64,000 nucleotides of DNA, from positions 49,382-113,381 of the forward strand of contig JBDRNJ010000009.1 of the NCBI GenBank assembly GCA_043811375.1. Direction: 5' to 3'. A model generated the notes under the pieces. The model did not search any database and had not been told where the DNA came from. It saw nothing but the letters and a program-made list of their open reading frames with translations. Positions 1 through 9,438 of this stretch are shown here, piece by piece. Position 1 is the first letter of the stretch; every line of letters starts with the position of its first letter. A program made the position numbers and the translations under genes. This DNA is from a bacterium (GTDB lineage Bacteria; Zixibacteria; MSB-5A5; GN15; FEB-12).

Positions 1-1610
1 GGAATCTCCCGGTCCGAGAGATCAAGTGCCTCTAACCGTGTTTGCCATGAGAATACGAACGGATTAAATCGCAGGGATTGATCCATTTGTCGAACGGGTG
101 AATGTGACAGGGCGCTGACATGGATGGTCACGTTACCGTAGTCATCCCTGGTCGGTGATAAAGACTGTGATGTAATCCGATAGGCACGGGCACCGCCTCT
201 GAAGAGACCTGTAACCCAGCGCAATCTGTCATCGTGGTCGGCATGCCGAAACCTGGCTACAAGCCAGTGAGCAGAGTTTCCGGTTAATGTCCATTGGGAT
301 TCAATGCGGATGCGGTAGTCAGGCTCGACGTGCACACGTGTATTGCGTCGCCAGGTGTTATTGGTGGCGGTACTGCCTGGAGTCCGGACGATGGCCCCGG
401 CCTGGTCGGTAATCACCAAAGCATCTATGTCCTCGTCCATCAAGGGCAGATCGCCGAAAGGGCAGTCAAAACATGTGGGGTCCATCCAGATGGTGTCGTT
501 TCCGATAACTGCCATACAGATGACATGATTAAACTCCTTAAGAGGGAAATCAACATCAAGACGACCCGCTGACCGAGTAAGCACCAGAACCGGATACGCA
601 TCGATTCCGCCCGTGCGCAGATACGAAATCAGGAGCGTCGTAAGGTCTTTGCAATCACCGTAACCGAGTTCCCGTGTACGGACAGCTTCGTGTGGCTGCC
701 ATCCGCCTACACCTTCGTGAACGGCAATGTAGCGAGTGTTACTGGTGACCATTGAGTACAAGCTGCAAACCAGGGCAGGTTCCTCGACGATGTGGTCATA
801 GATAGTGCTCAAAGTCTCCGCTGCAAGATATCTGTCATGTGTAAGCTGCCGATACCAGTCGGCGATAGCATTCCAACTCCAGTCGTCACATACGTAACCA
901 TCCAGTTCGAACCACTCCGGTACCAGCACCAGGCGCGCTGGGGCTCTGACTTCAGGCGGGAGGAACTGAGCGCCAGACCGGCGCTGCGCCGGTACATTTT
1001 CTGTGATCCATCGATAGACAACACGTTTGCCTTTGTGCTCAATATCAGGTTCAACGTCAACGCCATAAGTCTTGTAATGGAAAACGAAGTCGCTGGGACA
1101 TTCGAGACAGTATTCAACGTGCCTGGTTGGTACCGCACGTTGCAGGCGAGCGCCAGACCAGAAAAACAGTGTCGATGACTCAGTCTCATATTCGTACTCA
1201 ATACTGTAAGGGTAACCGGGTCCCGGTAGCGATATCCAGTATTGACAGTCATCGGTATAGAGAACGTATGATGGTCCATACCCGCAAGCTTTGAGCATGT
1301 CCTTCTTCATGCGGGAGTATACTTTCTTCCCCTCAGCATCGAAAACCTTTATCCTGACATCCTTCAATCGCTGGTAGCTATCCTCCCAGGCTACAACCGA
1401 GGCATAGTCATCGCCCCTGGGGTTCACGATTGTCAAGTGCGCCTTCGTCCTTAATTTATACCGACCGTCTTTGATGGAACAATCCCATGTGCAGTAATTG
1501 TAATAGGCACCCAGCGAATCATGAATATCCGCTTTATCAGGCTCAACTGCACCGGCGCTGAGAGATAACAGAACGAGAGCACTGAGGGTAAGTGCCGGGA
1601 ACATGATCAT
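1..1610 (-). CDS. DUF3857 + transglutaminase-like domain protein (runs off the window start; missing from the ORF track)
   Basis: ATG at 1610 overlaps the upstream gene's TGA (ATGA). Manual translation gives a signal-like N-terminus MIMFPALTLSALVLLSLSAGA and transglutaminase motifs RYIAV...GYGDCKDLTTLL...DAYPVLV...FNHVI. Confidence 0.85.
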   Translation of the reverse strand, partial: MIMFPALTLSALVLLSLSAGAVEPDKADIHDSLGAYYNYCTWDCSIKDGRYKLRTKAHLTIVNPRGDDYASVVAWEDSYQRLKDVRIKVFDAEGKKVYSRMKKDMLKACGYGPSYVLYTDDCQYWISLPGPGYPYSIEYEYETESSTLFFWSGARLQRAVPTRHVEYCLECPSDFVFHYKTYGVDVEPDIEHKGKRVVYRWITENVPAQRRSGAQFLPPEVRAPARLVLVPEWFELDGYVCDDWSWNAIADWYRQLTHDRYLAAETLSTIYDHIVEEPALVCSLYSMVTSNTRYIAVHEGVGGWQPHEAVRTRELGYGDCKDLTTLLISYLRTGGIDAYPVLVLTRSAGRLDVDFPLKEFNHVICMAVIGNDTIWMDPTCFDCPFGDLPLMDEDIDALVITDQAGAIVRTPGSTATNNTWRRNTRVHVEPDYRIRIESQWTLTGNSAHWLVARFRHADHDDRLRWVTGLFRGGARAYRITSQSLSPTRDDYGNVTIHVSALSHSPVRQMDQSLRFNPFVFSWQTRLEALDLSDREI

Positions 1611-3583
1611 TTACCTTGAGCAGTGAGGAGCACGGGGTCATTGCCAACTCTCGCTACGCGGTCGAACATTTCGCGCACCGTTGCGTACTCACCAACAGCA
1701 AACACCGGGCGTGATACATCTATCATGTATTGGATCGTGGCTTGCGGTCCGTTGACCTGACACTGTCTTATGAAGTCAATACCATCAATGCGAAACGCAG
1801 TGTCGGCCGGAAGAATAAATGCACACGATGTGTCCTCAGCCTCTAGAGTAACAATTCCGTGGTAGGTAAACGCGTAATTGAAATCGATGGGAAAGAATCG
1901 ATAAAAGCTCTCGAAAGGATTTCTGCCAAACAGGAAATTAGGTGCCCAAGCGATTAATCCATCATCTTGCTGTGCAGCAAAGCCGTCGAGACGATAGCTC
2001 GCCAGAACTTCAAAACGTCCCAGGCTGTCAAAATCACACTTATGACCCAGCTCCTGCACTTCAGGTAACAGCCCACCGAAAATATACTTGTGGAGAAAAT
2101 CGTCCGGTGGCATGGATTCGTACTGCCAGCCGTATTCACTCGCCAGGTACCCGGTCAGCTTGCACGTAGTCGAGCAGGTAGCATTGCCCTCACTATCAAT
2201 CTTGATCGATGTGACATCGAATCGGGAGGAGCGGGGATCATTGGTAACGACGCGAACAAGTCCCGATTGCTCGCCATCAACCAGCAGGCCGCCGTCCACC
2301 CGGCACTGGGGAGGGAGAGTCCCGTAAGTGCAATAACGCGATGAAGCATCCAGGTAGATTCCTCCCTGCTCAACTTCAGCAAACAAAATCATGTGGCTGA
2401 ACTGGTCGAAGCTGATCCAGTTGGGGTCGAAGCGGGTTCCGTCACGAGGGCAGATCAGGACTGGCCAGGAATCGATACCTGCCTTGCGCAACATCTCAAG
2501 TAGCAGCAGATTCTTCTCCCAGGCACCACCATATCTTTCCTTCCAGAGACCGGACATGTTCTTGTGCCACCGATACGTGGAGTACCTGTCCTGCCTGGTC
2601 TCAAAAGAATTGACAACATACTTATAGAGCGCCTTCGACTTGGCGTACTTGGTATCACACTTCCTGGTCAGCTTGCGAATAGTTTCCCGAAAACCACGCG
2701 GCAGGGTCAGATAGTCCTTCACGAAGTCTTCGAATACACTCCCCATCTTGTCCCATGACTCAATAGCCTTGATTGTAACAAAGATACCGACCATCTTTTT
2801 GATCTGGATATATACCGCAGACTGGTAATCCTGCACACATGTCATGAATGGTTCTTCCTTGATCGGAGGCAACTTGGTGAGTGTCCAGGTATAGCAGCGG
2901 ATCCGGCTGTCCTCGGCAGCACCTTCAACCTGTCCAGTGCGAGGGCGTTGCCGAGCCGGAGGCAGATTGATCGGGCGATAGACATACTCGCAGTCGTAGT
3001 TCAACCCCATAGTGAACTCGGAGAGTAGCGTGTATACGTGGCGATTGAAATACCATCGATAATAGCCCGGCCACTGGTAATGCATAAACTTGTAGTGATA
3101 CTCGACAATTGAACCACTATCCATAGATGGAAAGGCAAAGACCTGGAAACGCTCGTCATCAATTGTCTTGATTCTGAGGTCTTTCTCATCAACCACGGAG
3201 ATAGTGCCGTCTGGTGATATGGTTTGCGCTTCAAAGACCTCAATACCGGTTTTTTCAGGAAAAGGTATTGACACCTCTCCGATCTCATCAATCCCGGCCC
3301 GATTGAGCGCCTTCATACGGACGTGGCGCTCGAAACTTGTCATTAGAATCAAACCCACCCCCTCGACCTTGAGCGTACAGCAGTCGAACAGTACGAGTGA
3401 GTTAGCTGCCGGGAAATCGGACGGGGCACCCTGGGCACGCTCGAGCTCATCGATAACACCCCAGTCAGCACCTGTTGCTCCGGAAGCGGTAACAAGCAAG
3501 AATAGAAGTGTAACTATCTTGTTTCGAAGATTTGCCGTGGGCCAGCACTCTGGCCAGTCGATCAACCCAGCGCCACTCATCAA
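1607..3583 (-). CDS. DUF3857 + transglutaminase-like domain protein, probably lacking the catalytic Cys
   Basis: 658-aa ORF with DUF3857-like FAFPSMDSGSIVEYHY and EKNLLLLEMLRKAGIDSWPVLI...FSHMI...YLDAS. GGAWEK replaces GDCKD. The true start may be slightly downstream. Confidence 0.8.
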   Translation of the reverse strand: MMSGAGLIDWPECWPTANLRNKIVTLLFLLVTASGATGADWGVIDELERAQGAPSDFPAANSLVLFDCCTLKVEGVGLILMTSFERHVRMKALNRAGIDEIGEVSIPFPEKTGIEVFEAQTISPDGTISVVDEKDLRIKTIDDERFQVFAFPSMDSGSIVEYHYKFMHYQWPGYYRWYFNRHVYTLLSEFTMGLNYDCEYVYRPINLPPARQRPRTGQVEGAAEDSRIRCYTWTLTKLPPIKEEPFMTCVQDYQSAVYIQIKKMVGIFVTIKAIESWDKMGSVFEDFVKDYLTLPRGFRETIRKLTRKCDTKYAKSKALYKYVVNSFETRQDRYSTYRWHKNMSGLWKERYGGAWEKNLLLLEMLRKAGIDSWPVLICPRDGTRFDPNWISFDQFSHMILFAEVEQGGIYLDASSRYCTYGTLPPQCRVDGGLLVDGEQSGLVRVVTNDPRSSRFDVTSIKIDSEGNATCSTTCKLTGYLASEYGWQYESMPPDDFLHKYIFGGLLPEVQELGHKCDFDSLGRFEVLASYRLDGFAAQQDDGLIAWAPNFLFGRNPFESFYRFFPIDFNYAFTYHGIVTLEAEDTSCAFILPADTAFRIDGIDFIRQCQVNGPQATIQYMIDVSRPVFAVGEYATVREMFDRVARVGNDPVLLTAQGK

Positions 3584-3792
3584 CTGTAAACTAATTAAAC
3601 ATGTTCAACCCTGTCAAGTATTTCTTGTAGCGGTCGTTCCACCGGCTGACATTTGTGCTTGACTAAAAAGGCGGCTTTCGGCTAAATTTCACCAGGTATT
3701 TTGCGTGCCTTACGGTTTTTGGAGAGGAAAGATACTATAACATTTCGTCCATCAACTACCTGTTTACCGGCGGGCCGGCGCCGGTGTGTTGA

Positions 3793-4371
3793 TTGAAACC
3801 GGGGTTGTATGTGAGCACAGTTTTTGAAACAACCCGACTCCGCATTCGCCGGCCAACCACTTCACCTGAGGATGTTGATCTCTTGTTTAATCTGTGGACC
3901 GACCCGCAGGTGATGGCCGACGTCGGTTTCCCCGAGGGGCTGACCATAACACGTGAAGAAGTGAAGTGTCAAGTTGCCGGCTGGAACTCTTCCCCGGACA
4001 ACGACAGACTGGTGGCGGCACTAAAGGAATCGGGACAACTGATCGGAGAATGTAAGTTGGGTAAGCCCGATACCGACGGCACCTGTGAGACCGATGTAAA
4101 ACTCCTGCCCCGGTTCTGGGGCCGGGGTCTGGGGACCGAGATCAAGCAGGGACTGGTGGATTACCTGTTCACACACACCGACTGTACTGCCGTCAGAGCC
4201 ACCCCCAACAGGAATAACATTGCCTCTCAGAAAATGCAGGAGGCAGTCGGTGGGAAAGTTGTCGATCAAGGCGTGTACCATTTCCCCAAGCCGTTACGTA
4301 GTCAAACCATTGACGTTCCTTACCTGGTTTATGTGGTAACCCGGGAGGAATGGCAGCGCCGTAGATGCTGA
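3793..4371 (+). CDS. GNAT (RimJ/RimL-type) N-acetyltransferase
   Basis: FETTRLRIRR N-terminus, acetyl-CoA motif FWGRGLGTE and NIASQKMQEAVG. The start is probably the GTG at about 3811. Confidence 0.85.
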   Translation: MKPGLYVSTVFETTRLRIRRPTTSPEDVDLLFNLWTDPQVMADVGFPEGLTITREEVKCQVAGWNSSPDNDRLVAALKESGQLIGECKLGKPDTDGTCETDVKLLPRFWGRGLGTEIKQGLVDYLFTHTDCTAVRATPNRNNIASQKMQEAVGGKVVDQGVYHFPKPLRSQTIDVPYLVYVVTREEWQRRRC

Positions 4372-4481
4372 ATGATCCTCCCTCGAACAGGCTGCTGCCG
4401 GCAGCGACACATTGTTATTGACGGCAGTAACGCTGTCCCTAACTTTGGCACAAAACATACCGGTAAAATGAGAGGTATCTG

Positions 4482-5645
4482 ATGATCAGATCGTTTTCCC
4501 CGTCCGTCTTCAAATGGTGCCCGGTGGCCACGTTGATCCTGGCTCTGAGCGTCTTGTCCCCGGGAGTGTGGATTCTGCCGGCAACGGCCTCTACCGAGGG
4601 CGCCGACTCGACAGCAGTCGTTGTGCTTGACGATGGTCCACATCTTTACCGGCAAAACGACACCTCTGTTATTGCCTTCTACTTGTGTGGTGGCGAGATC
4701 GTGCGAAGGACAATGACGGTGATCGATACTCTACGCTTCCATGGCTTCTGTGCCGACAGTTTGAAAGAGTACGTAATCACTACTGTCGTTCCCGCAGTCG
4801 ACAGCTTCAGCTTCGAGGGTGTCTCCCGGATACTGGCTGTCAGTGATATTCATGGCGAATACGAGCACCTGGTGGACATTTTGACTGCCGGTGGCGTCAT
4901 CGACGACAACGGTCACTGGTGCTGGGGAGATGGACACCTGGTGGTTGTCGGCGATATCTTTGATCGCGGGAACCGGGTAACGGAGTGTCTGTGGCTGATC
5001 TATCGACTCCAGCAGGAGGCCCGGCACACCGGCGGACGAGTTCATTTCATACTCGGCAATCACGAACTGATGGTTCTGAGAGGTGATAATCGATACGTCA
5101 ATGACAAATACCTGAAAGGAATCGTCCGCCGGAGCAGGATATCACACCAGGACCTGTACGGCCCTGATATGGAACTGGGCTGGTGGCTGCGTTCCCTGCC
5201 GTCCATAGTCAGGCTCAACGGGATCATCTTCGTCCACGCCGGCCTCTCCCCGGCTGTTATGCAGCGGAACCTGGGATTGAAAGACATCAACACTGTCATC
5301 CGGGACGGCCTGGACCTCAGGTCATCACAGGTGGCTTTCAGTGATACCGTGAAGTTCCTGTTCGGTAGTCAGGGACCACTGTGGTACCGTGGTTACCACT
5401 ACGAAATGGAGAACCGTTATGCAATGGCCACCGTGTCTCAACTCGACAGCATCCTGGGGTACTATGCAGCAGTTGCGATTGTCGTCGGTCATACCGAAGT
5501 GGACAGTGTGCTGGGATTGTTTGACGGACGGATAATCGCCGTCGACGTGCCCGTTGACGAACTTGGGGGCTTGCAGGCTCTTCTTTGGGAAAACGGTCGT
5601 TTCTATCGAGTCGGTCCTGCCGGTGAACGGCAGGTGATGGATTAA
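4482..5645 (+). CDS. Exported metallophosphoesterase (Shewanella-like PPP phosphatase)
   Basis: Signal peptide plus motifs SDIHG, GDIFDRG, GNHE, FVHAG, GPLWYR and VVGHT. Confidence 0.9.
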   Translation: MIRSFSPSVFKWCPVATLILALSVLSPGVWILPATASTEGADSTAVVVLDDGPHLYRQNDTSVIAFYLCGGEIVRRTMTVIDTLRFHGFCADSLKEYVITTVVPAVDSFSFEGVSRILAVSDIHGEYEHLVDILTAGGVIDDNGHWCWGDGHLVVVGDIFDRGNRVTECLWLIYRLQQEARHTGGRVHFILGNHELMVLRGDNRYVNDKYLKGIVRRSRISHQDLYGPDMELGWWLRSLPSIVRLNGIIFVHAGLSPAVMQRNLGLKDINTVIRDGLDLRSSQVAFSDTVKFLFGSQGPLWYRGYHYEMENRYAMATVSQLDSILGYYAAVAIVVGHTEVDSVLGLFDGRIIAVDVPVDELGGLQALLWENGRFYRVGPAGERQVMD

Positions 5646-5671
5646 ACCACTCGCGGCGGTCGGCACCGCTG

Positions 5672-6874
5672 CTAATCGCTGGTCATAATGAACAACGGCT
5701 GCATCTCGAAACTTTTGTATTGGGGTCGCAGCCTGTCGATGTTGTAGTACTTCTCGATGTTGACGAACTTCTTGGTGCTGGTGACTATATCGATCGGTAC
5801 GTTATCATAACGCCCGTTTTTTAAGACCACCAGGCGGCCGTGAATCCTCTTCATGATGAGATCCAGGGCCAGGTTGCCGTAAGCCATGGGAACAATGGAA
5901 TCAATAGCGTCAGGGTCCCCGCAACGCACCATGTAACCCAGTTTCTGGGTGATGACATCGATGGATCTGCCGCCGTTGAATTCCGGAGACAGCCGCTTCA
6001 ACTCCGCCGAAACGAGGTCACCGATGCCGCCCAGCTTGGCATGTCCGAATGCATCACGGGCCATGTCCTTGTAAACCATCTCGCTGCCTTCAAACATGGC
6101 ACCTTCCGATACCAGCACCACCGAGTATTTGCTGGTGCTGGCGCGACGATCGGCCGTCAGTAATTCGGTCAGACGTTCTACATTGAATCTGTGTTCCGGA
6201 ATGACGCAGCGGTTAGCGGCCCCGGCCATGGTCGGCAACATCGCCGTGAATCCCGCGTAGCGACCAAAAACCTCCAGCACCAGAAATCTCTCATGCGAAC
6301 CGGCGGATGTCCGCAGGCTTCGCGTCAGCATGATGGTACGGGTAACGCAGGTGCTGAAACCGATACAGTAGTCGGTACCGGGAACGTCGTTGTCCATCGT
6401 TTTGGGGATAGCCACGACGTTGATACCTTCCTTGTAGAGGCGTACAGCATAGCTGAGCGTATCATCGCCACCGATCGGAATGAGGTAGTCAACACCGAGA
6501 TAATCCAGGTTTTTTAAGACTTCCGGTGTCAGATCGTTCATGGGAGCCGAGTAATTATCCTGCAAGTGGGTCGGTACGCTGTCCCGCGGTACATGGGCGG
6601 GATGAGTGCGAGAGCTGTGCAGAAAAGTGCCACCCGTCTGGCCTGCTTTGTTGACTATCTCCTCGGTAAGAATCTGGAAGTTGTCACTGTTATCGACCTT
6701 TTTCTGGCGAATCAGATCGATGGCACCGGCCCAACCGCGCCTGATGCCGATCACCTGGTACCCCTCCCTGAGAGCTCTGATGGTGATAGCCCTGATGGCC
6801 GGATTCAAACCCGGGACGTCCCCACCGCCGGTCAGAATAGCTATGACACCCTTCTTCTTCTTCACATTTGCCAC
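5672..6874 (-). CDS. pfp: 6-phosphofructokinase family, likely PPi-dependent
   Basis: TGGGDVPGLN, GGDDT, PKTMDND and EVFGRYAG. Start moved to the GTG at 6874, which follows a GGAGGA RBS. Confidence 0.85.
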   Translation of the reverse strand: MANVKKKKGVIAILTGGGDVPGLNPAIRAITIRALREGYQVIGIRRGWAGAIDLIRQKKVDNSDNFQILTEEIVNKAGQTGGTFLHSSRTHPAHVPRDSVPTHLQDNYSAPMNDLTPEVLKNLDYLGVDYLIPIGGDDTLSYAVRLYKEGINVVAIPKTMDNDVPGTDYCIGFSTCVTRTIMLTRSLRTSAGSHERFLVLEVFGRYAGFTAMLPTMAGAANRCVIPEHRFNVERLTELLTADRRASTSKYSVVLVSEGAMFEGSEMVYKDMARDAFGHAKLGGIGDLVSAELKRLSPEFNGGRSIDVITQKLGYMVRCGDPDAIDSIVPMAYGNLALDLIMKRIHGRLVVLKNGRYDNVPIDIVTSTKKFVNIEKYYNIDRLRPQYKSFEMQPLFIMTSD

Positions 6875-7111
6875 ACTCAATCCTCCGTTAGTCTGCGGCG
6901 CCGTCCGAACCGACTCGTGCAGCGCCATTCGACCAACAATAACGCACGCTTGCAGAGATTTCGCAAACAATTCCGGACACCGACCCTACATTGCGGAATA
7001 TCCCCCCTGACGGTCGGATTCCCGGGCTACAATTCGAGTTATCGGTCGAGGTACGATATACCTTCACAACCAGGGGCAAGAGCAGCTGTCCTTGACAAGT
7101 GACCGGTATGT

Positions 7112-8227
7112 TTGCACATTGGCTTATTAGTCCTGCCCCGACGAGGTTGCGGCCCGGAAATAGGCCGGACACCCGGGACGGACGAGACAATTTCAAACTA
7201 TGGTGAAATAATTTTGGATATTTGGCCCCGACTTTCAGTGGTTATCCCCATCCGCAACGAGGAGCGGTTTATCGCCCGCACGCTCGGTTACGTGCAGAAC
7301 CAGGACTACCCGGCGGACCGGGTTGAAATCCTGGTGATTGATGGTGAATCCACTGACCGATCGGTTGACATCGTCAATGAGATTGCGGTTCTTGATCGGC
7401 GAGTGCAGTTGCTGCGCAATAGCCGACGACTGTCCTCGGCGGCCCGCAATATCGGCGCCCGTCACGCCGGCGGGGAAATCCTGCTCTACATCGACGGACA
7501 CGTACACATCGAAAACAATGATCTGTTCAAGAATGTCGCCCGATTGATGAAGGAAAAAGAGGTGTCAGTTCTGAGCCGTCCGGCTTTTCTGAAAACACCT
7601 GATAACGGCTTTTTTCAGAATGCTGTGGCGCTGGCCCGAAGGTCACCTCTGGGCCACGGGTTGGATTCAACCGTCTTCACAAGCGAGGAACGGTACGTCA
7701 ATCCGGAGAGTTCCGGCACTTTCTATCGCAGGGAAATCATCGAAGAAGTCGGCTTTTTTGATGAGAGTTTCGACGCTGCTGAGGACTTCGAGTTTAATTA
7801 CCGGCTTCGCCGGAAGGGGTATCAGTCATATACATCGCCGAAATTGCAAATCTCCTACTACCCCCGCGATAGCCTGGGCAAACTCTGGCAACAGATGAAA
7901 CGATACGGCAAAGGGCGCTGTCAACTCGTCTGGAAACATCCTGACGCGTTTTCACCTGGAGCCGCGATACCGACGGTCCTGGTATTGGGATTACCGCTGC
8001 TGTTGTTACTGTCGCTGCTGATTCCGATGGCTCTGACTGTCACAATCGGTATCTATGGGCTGTACCTGGCCATCATCCTGCTAACGTCAGTTGTCATTGC
8101 TGCTCGCAATGGCTGGATTCACCTGAGGTCACTACCGGGAATATTCCTGGCCATTCACTGGGGAGTAGGCTGGGGTTTCCTGGCTGAAATGTGGCGTCTG
8201 ATCCGATCTCAGCAGCGGGCTGGGTGA
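7112..8227 (+). CDS. GT2 glycosyltransferase (ExoA-like) with C-terminal TM helices
   Basis: SVVIPIRNEE, DGESTD, ARNIGA, AAEDFEFNYR and QMKRYG. The true start is probably about 7200-7213. Confidence 0.85.
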   Translation: MHIGLLVLPRRGCGPEIGRTPGTDETISNYGEIILDIWPRLSVVIPIRNEERFIARTLGYVQNQDYPADRVEILVIDGESTDRSVDIVNEIAVLDRRVQLLRNSRRLSSAARNIGARHAGGEILLYIDGHVHIENNDLFKNVARLMKEKEVSVLSRPAFLKTPDNGFFQNAVALARRSPLGHGLDSTVFTSEERYVNPESSGTFYRREIIEEVGFFDESFDAAEDFEFNYRLRRKGYQSYTSPKLQISYYPRDSLGKLWQQMKRYGKGRCQLVWKHPDAFSPGAAIPTVLVLGLPLLLLLSLLIPMALTVTIGIYGLYLAIILLTSVVIAARNGWIHLRSLPGIFLAIHWGVGWGFLAEMWRLIRSQQRAG

Positions 8228-8231
8228 TGTT

Positions 8232-9251
8232 TTGCCGCCCGGATCACCTTTGTTCGGGGTTGTGGCACGTATGCTGAGGCAAACCGGTAACCGGGTGCTG
8301 ACAACCCTGCTGCAGCCGCCGGGATTCCGACCAGTATTATGGCCGGAGGAGAAGACCTTTGCTTTCACGGTTATTGACGACACCGATCAGGCAACATTGC
8401 CGGCGGTGCAACCTATATACGAACTGCTGCATCAGCTTGGCCTTCACACCACCAAGACAGTGTGGGTGGAACCCACCGTAGAGCCGGAAGAAAATGACAG
8501 TTGCGGCGACACTCTGGCGGACGAACCCTACCGTGATTTCATTCTCCGGTTGCAGGACCGCGGTTTCGAGATTGCTTTTCATGGCGCTCGCGGCGGCAGC
8601 AGTAAGCGTCTTGAGACAAAAGCAGCCCTTGAGCAATTTCAACGGATACTGGGACATGATCCCAAAGTTCATGTGAACCACTTCCAGAACCGGGAAAATC
8701 TTTATGGCGGCAGGCACAAACTCGATTTCCGGCCGCTGCGATGGCTCTATAGCCTGTTTCTACGATGGAATTTCGAAGGCCATAACCCCCAGTCGCCCTA
8801 CTTCTGGGGTGATCTGGCTAAACGACACATTACCTATGTTCGGGATTTTCACTTCGATGAGATTGACGTTATGCAAATCTACCCGCTGCTGCCATTCCAT
8901 GATCCCCGCCGGCCCTACGTGAATTTCTGGTTTCATGCATCCGACGGCTCCAATATCGATTCATTTGTCCGCCTGCTTAGCCGGGAGAATCTCAATCGGC
9001 TGGAGCATAATCATGGCTTGTGCATTGTCTATACCCACTTCGGCAAAGGCTTCTGCACCGATGGTGAGGTCGGCGGCGCTGTGGCCGACCGCCTGCGTGA
9101 TGTTGCTGGCCGTGACGGCTGGTTCGCGCCGGTGGGTGAAATTCTGGATTACCTTCGCCGTCAAAACGGCGATCAGACGATCAGCTACAAGAATCGCGTC
9201 TATATGGAATTGCGGTGGGCACTGGAGAAACTGGGCCGGGGCACGACGTAG
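8232..9251 (+). CDS. Polysaccharide deacetylase-like (NodB/CE4 fold) protein
   Basis: FAFTVIDDTD, GFEIAFHG and CIVYTHF motifs; adjacent to a GT2 gene. Confidence 0.65.
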   Translation: MPPGSPLFGVVARMLRQTGNRVLTTLLQPPGFRPVLWPEEKTFAFTVIDDTDQATLPAVQPIYELLHQLGLHTTKTVWVEPTVEPEENDSCGDTLADEPYRDFILRLQDRGFEIAFHGARGGSSKRLETKAALEQFQRILGHDPKVHVNHFQNRENLYGGRHKLDFRPLRWLYSLFLRWNFEGHNPQSPYFWGDLAKRHITYVRDFHFDEIDVMQIYPLLPFHDPRRPYVNFWFHASDGSNIDSFVRLLSRENLNRLEHNHGLCIVYTHFGKGFCTDGEVGGAVADRLRDVAGRDGWFAPVGEILDYLRRQNGDQTISYKNRVYMELRWALEKLGRGTT

Positions 9252-9438
9252 GCAGCCTGATCGAAAAGAGACAAATCGAGCCGCTACATTCACAGTTACC
9301 GGGCATCAACCTTTACGTCATCAGGTGACAGCCGACAGGGAATAATTTTCAAGTTGCCGGAATGCTCAACACCCGGCTATCTTGGGTATTGTCTGTGGAG
9401 AGCAGTTTGAAAGGCTGTATTTTCCGGACGGAGATTCT

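Noticed and set aside
4360..4482. Possible Sec readthrough at the GNAT stop (TGC TGA, then an open frame and a small GCTGCCGGCAGC palindrome)
   Set aside because: The GNAT domain is already complete, the extension looks random, and there is no convincing bacterial SECIS.
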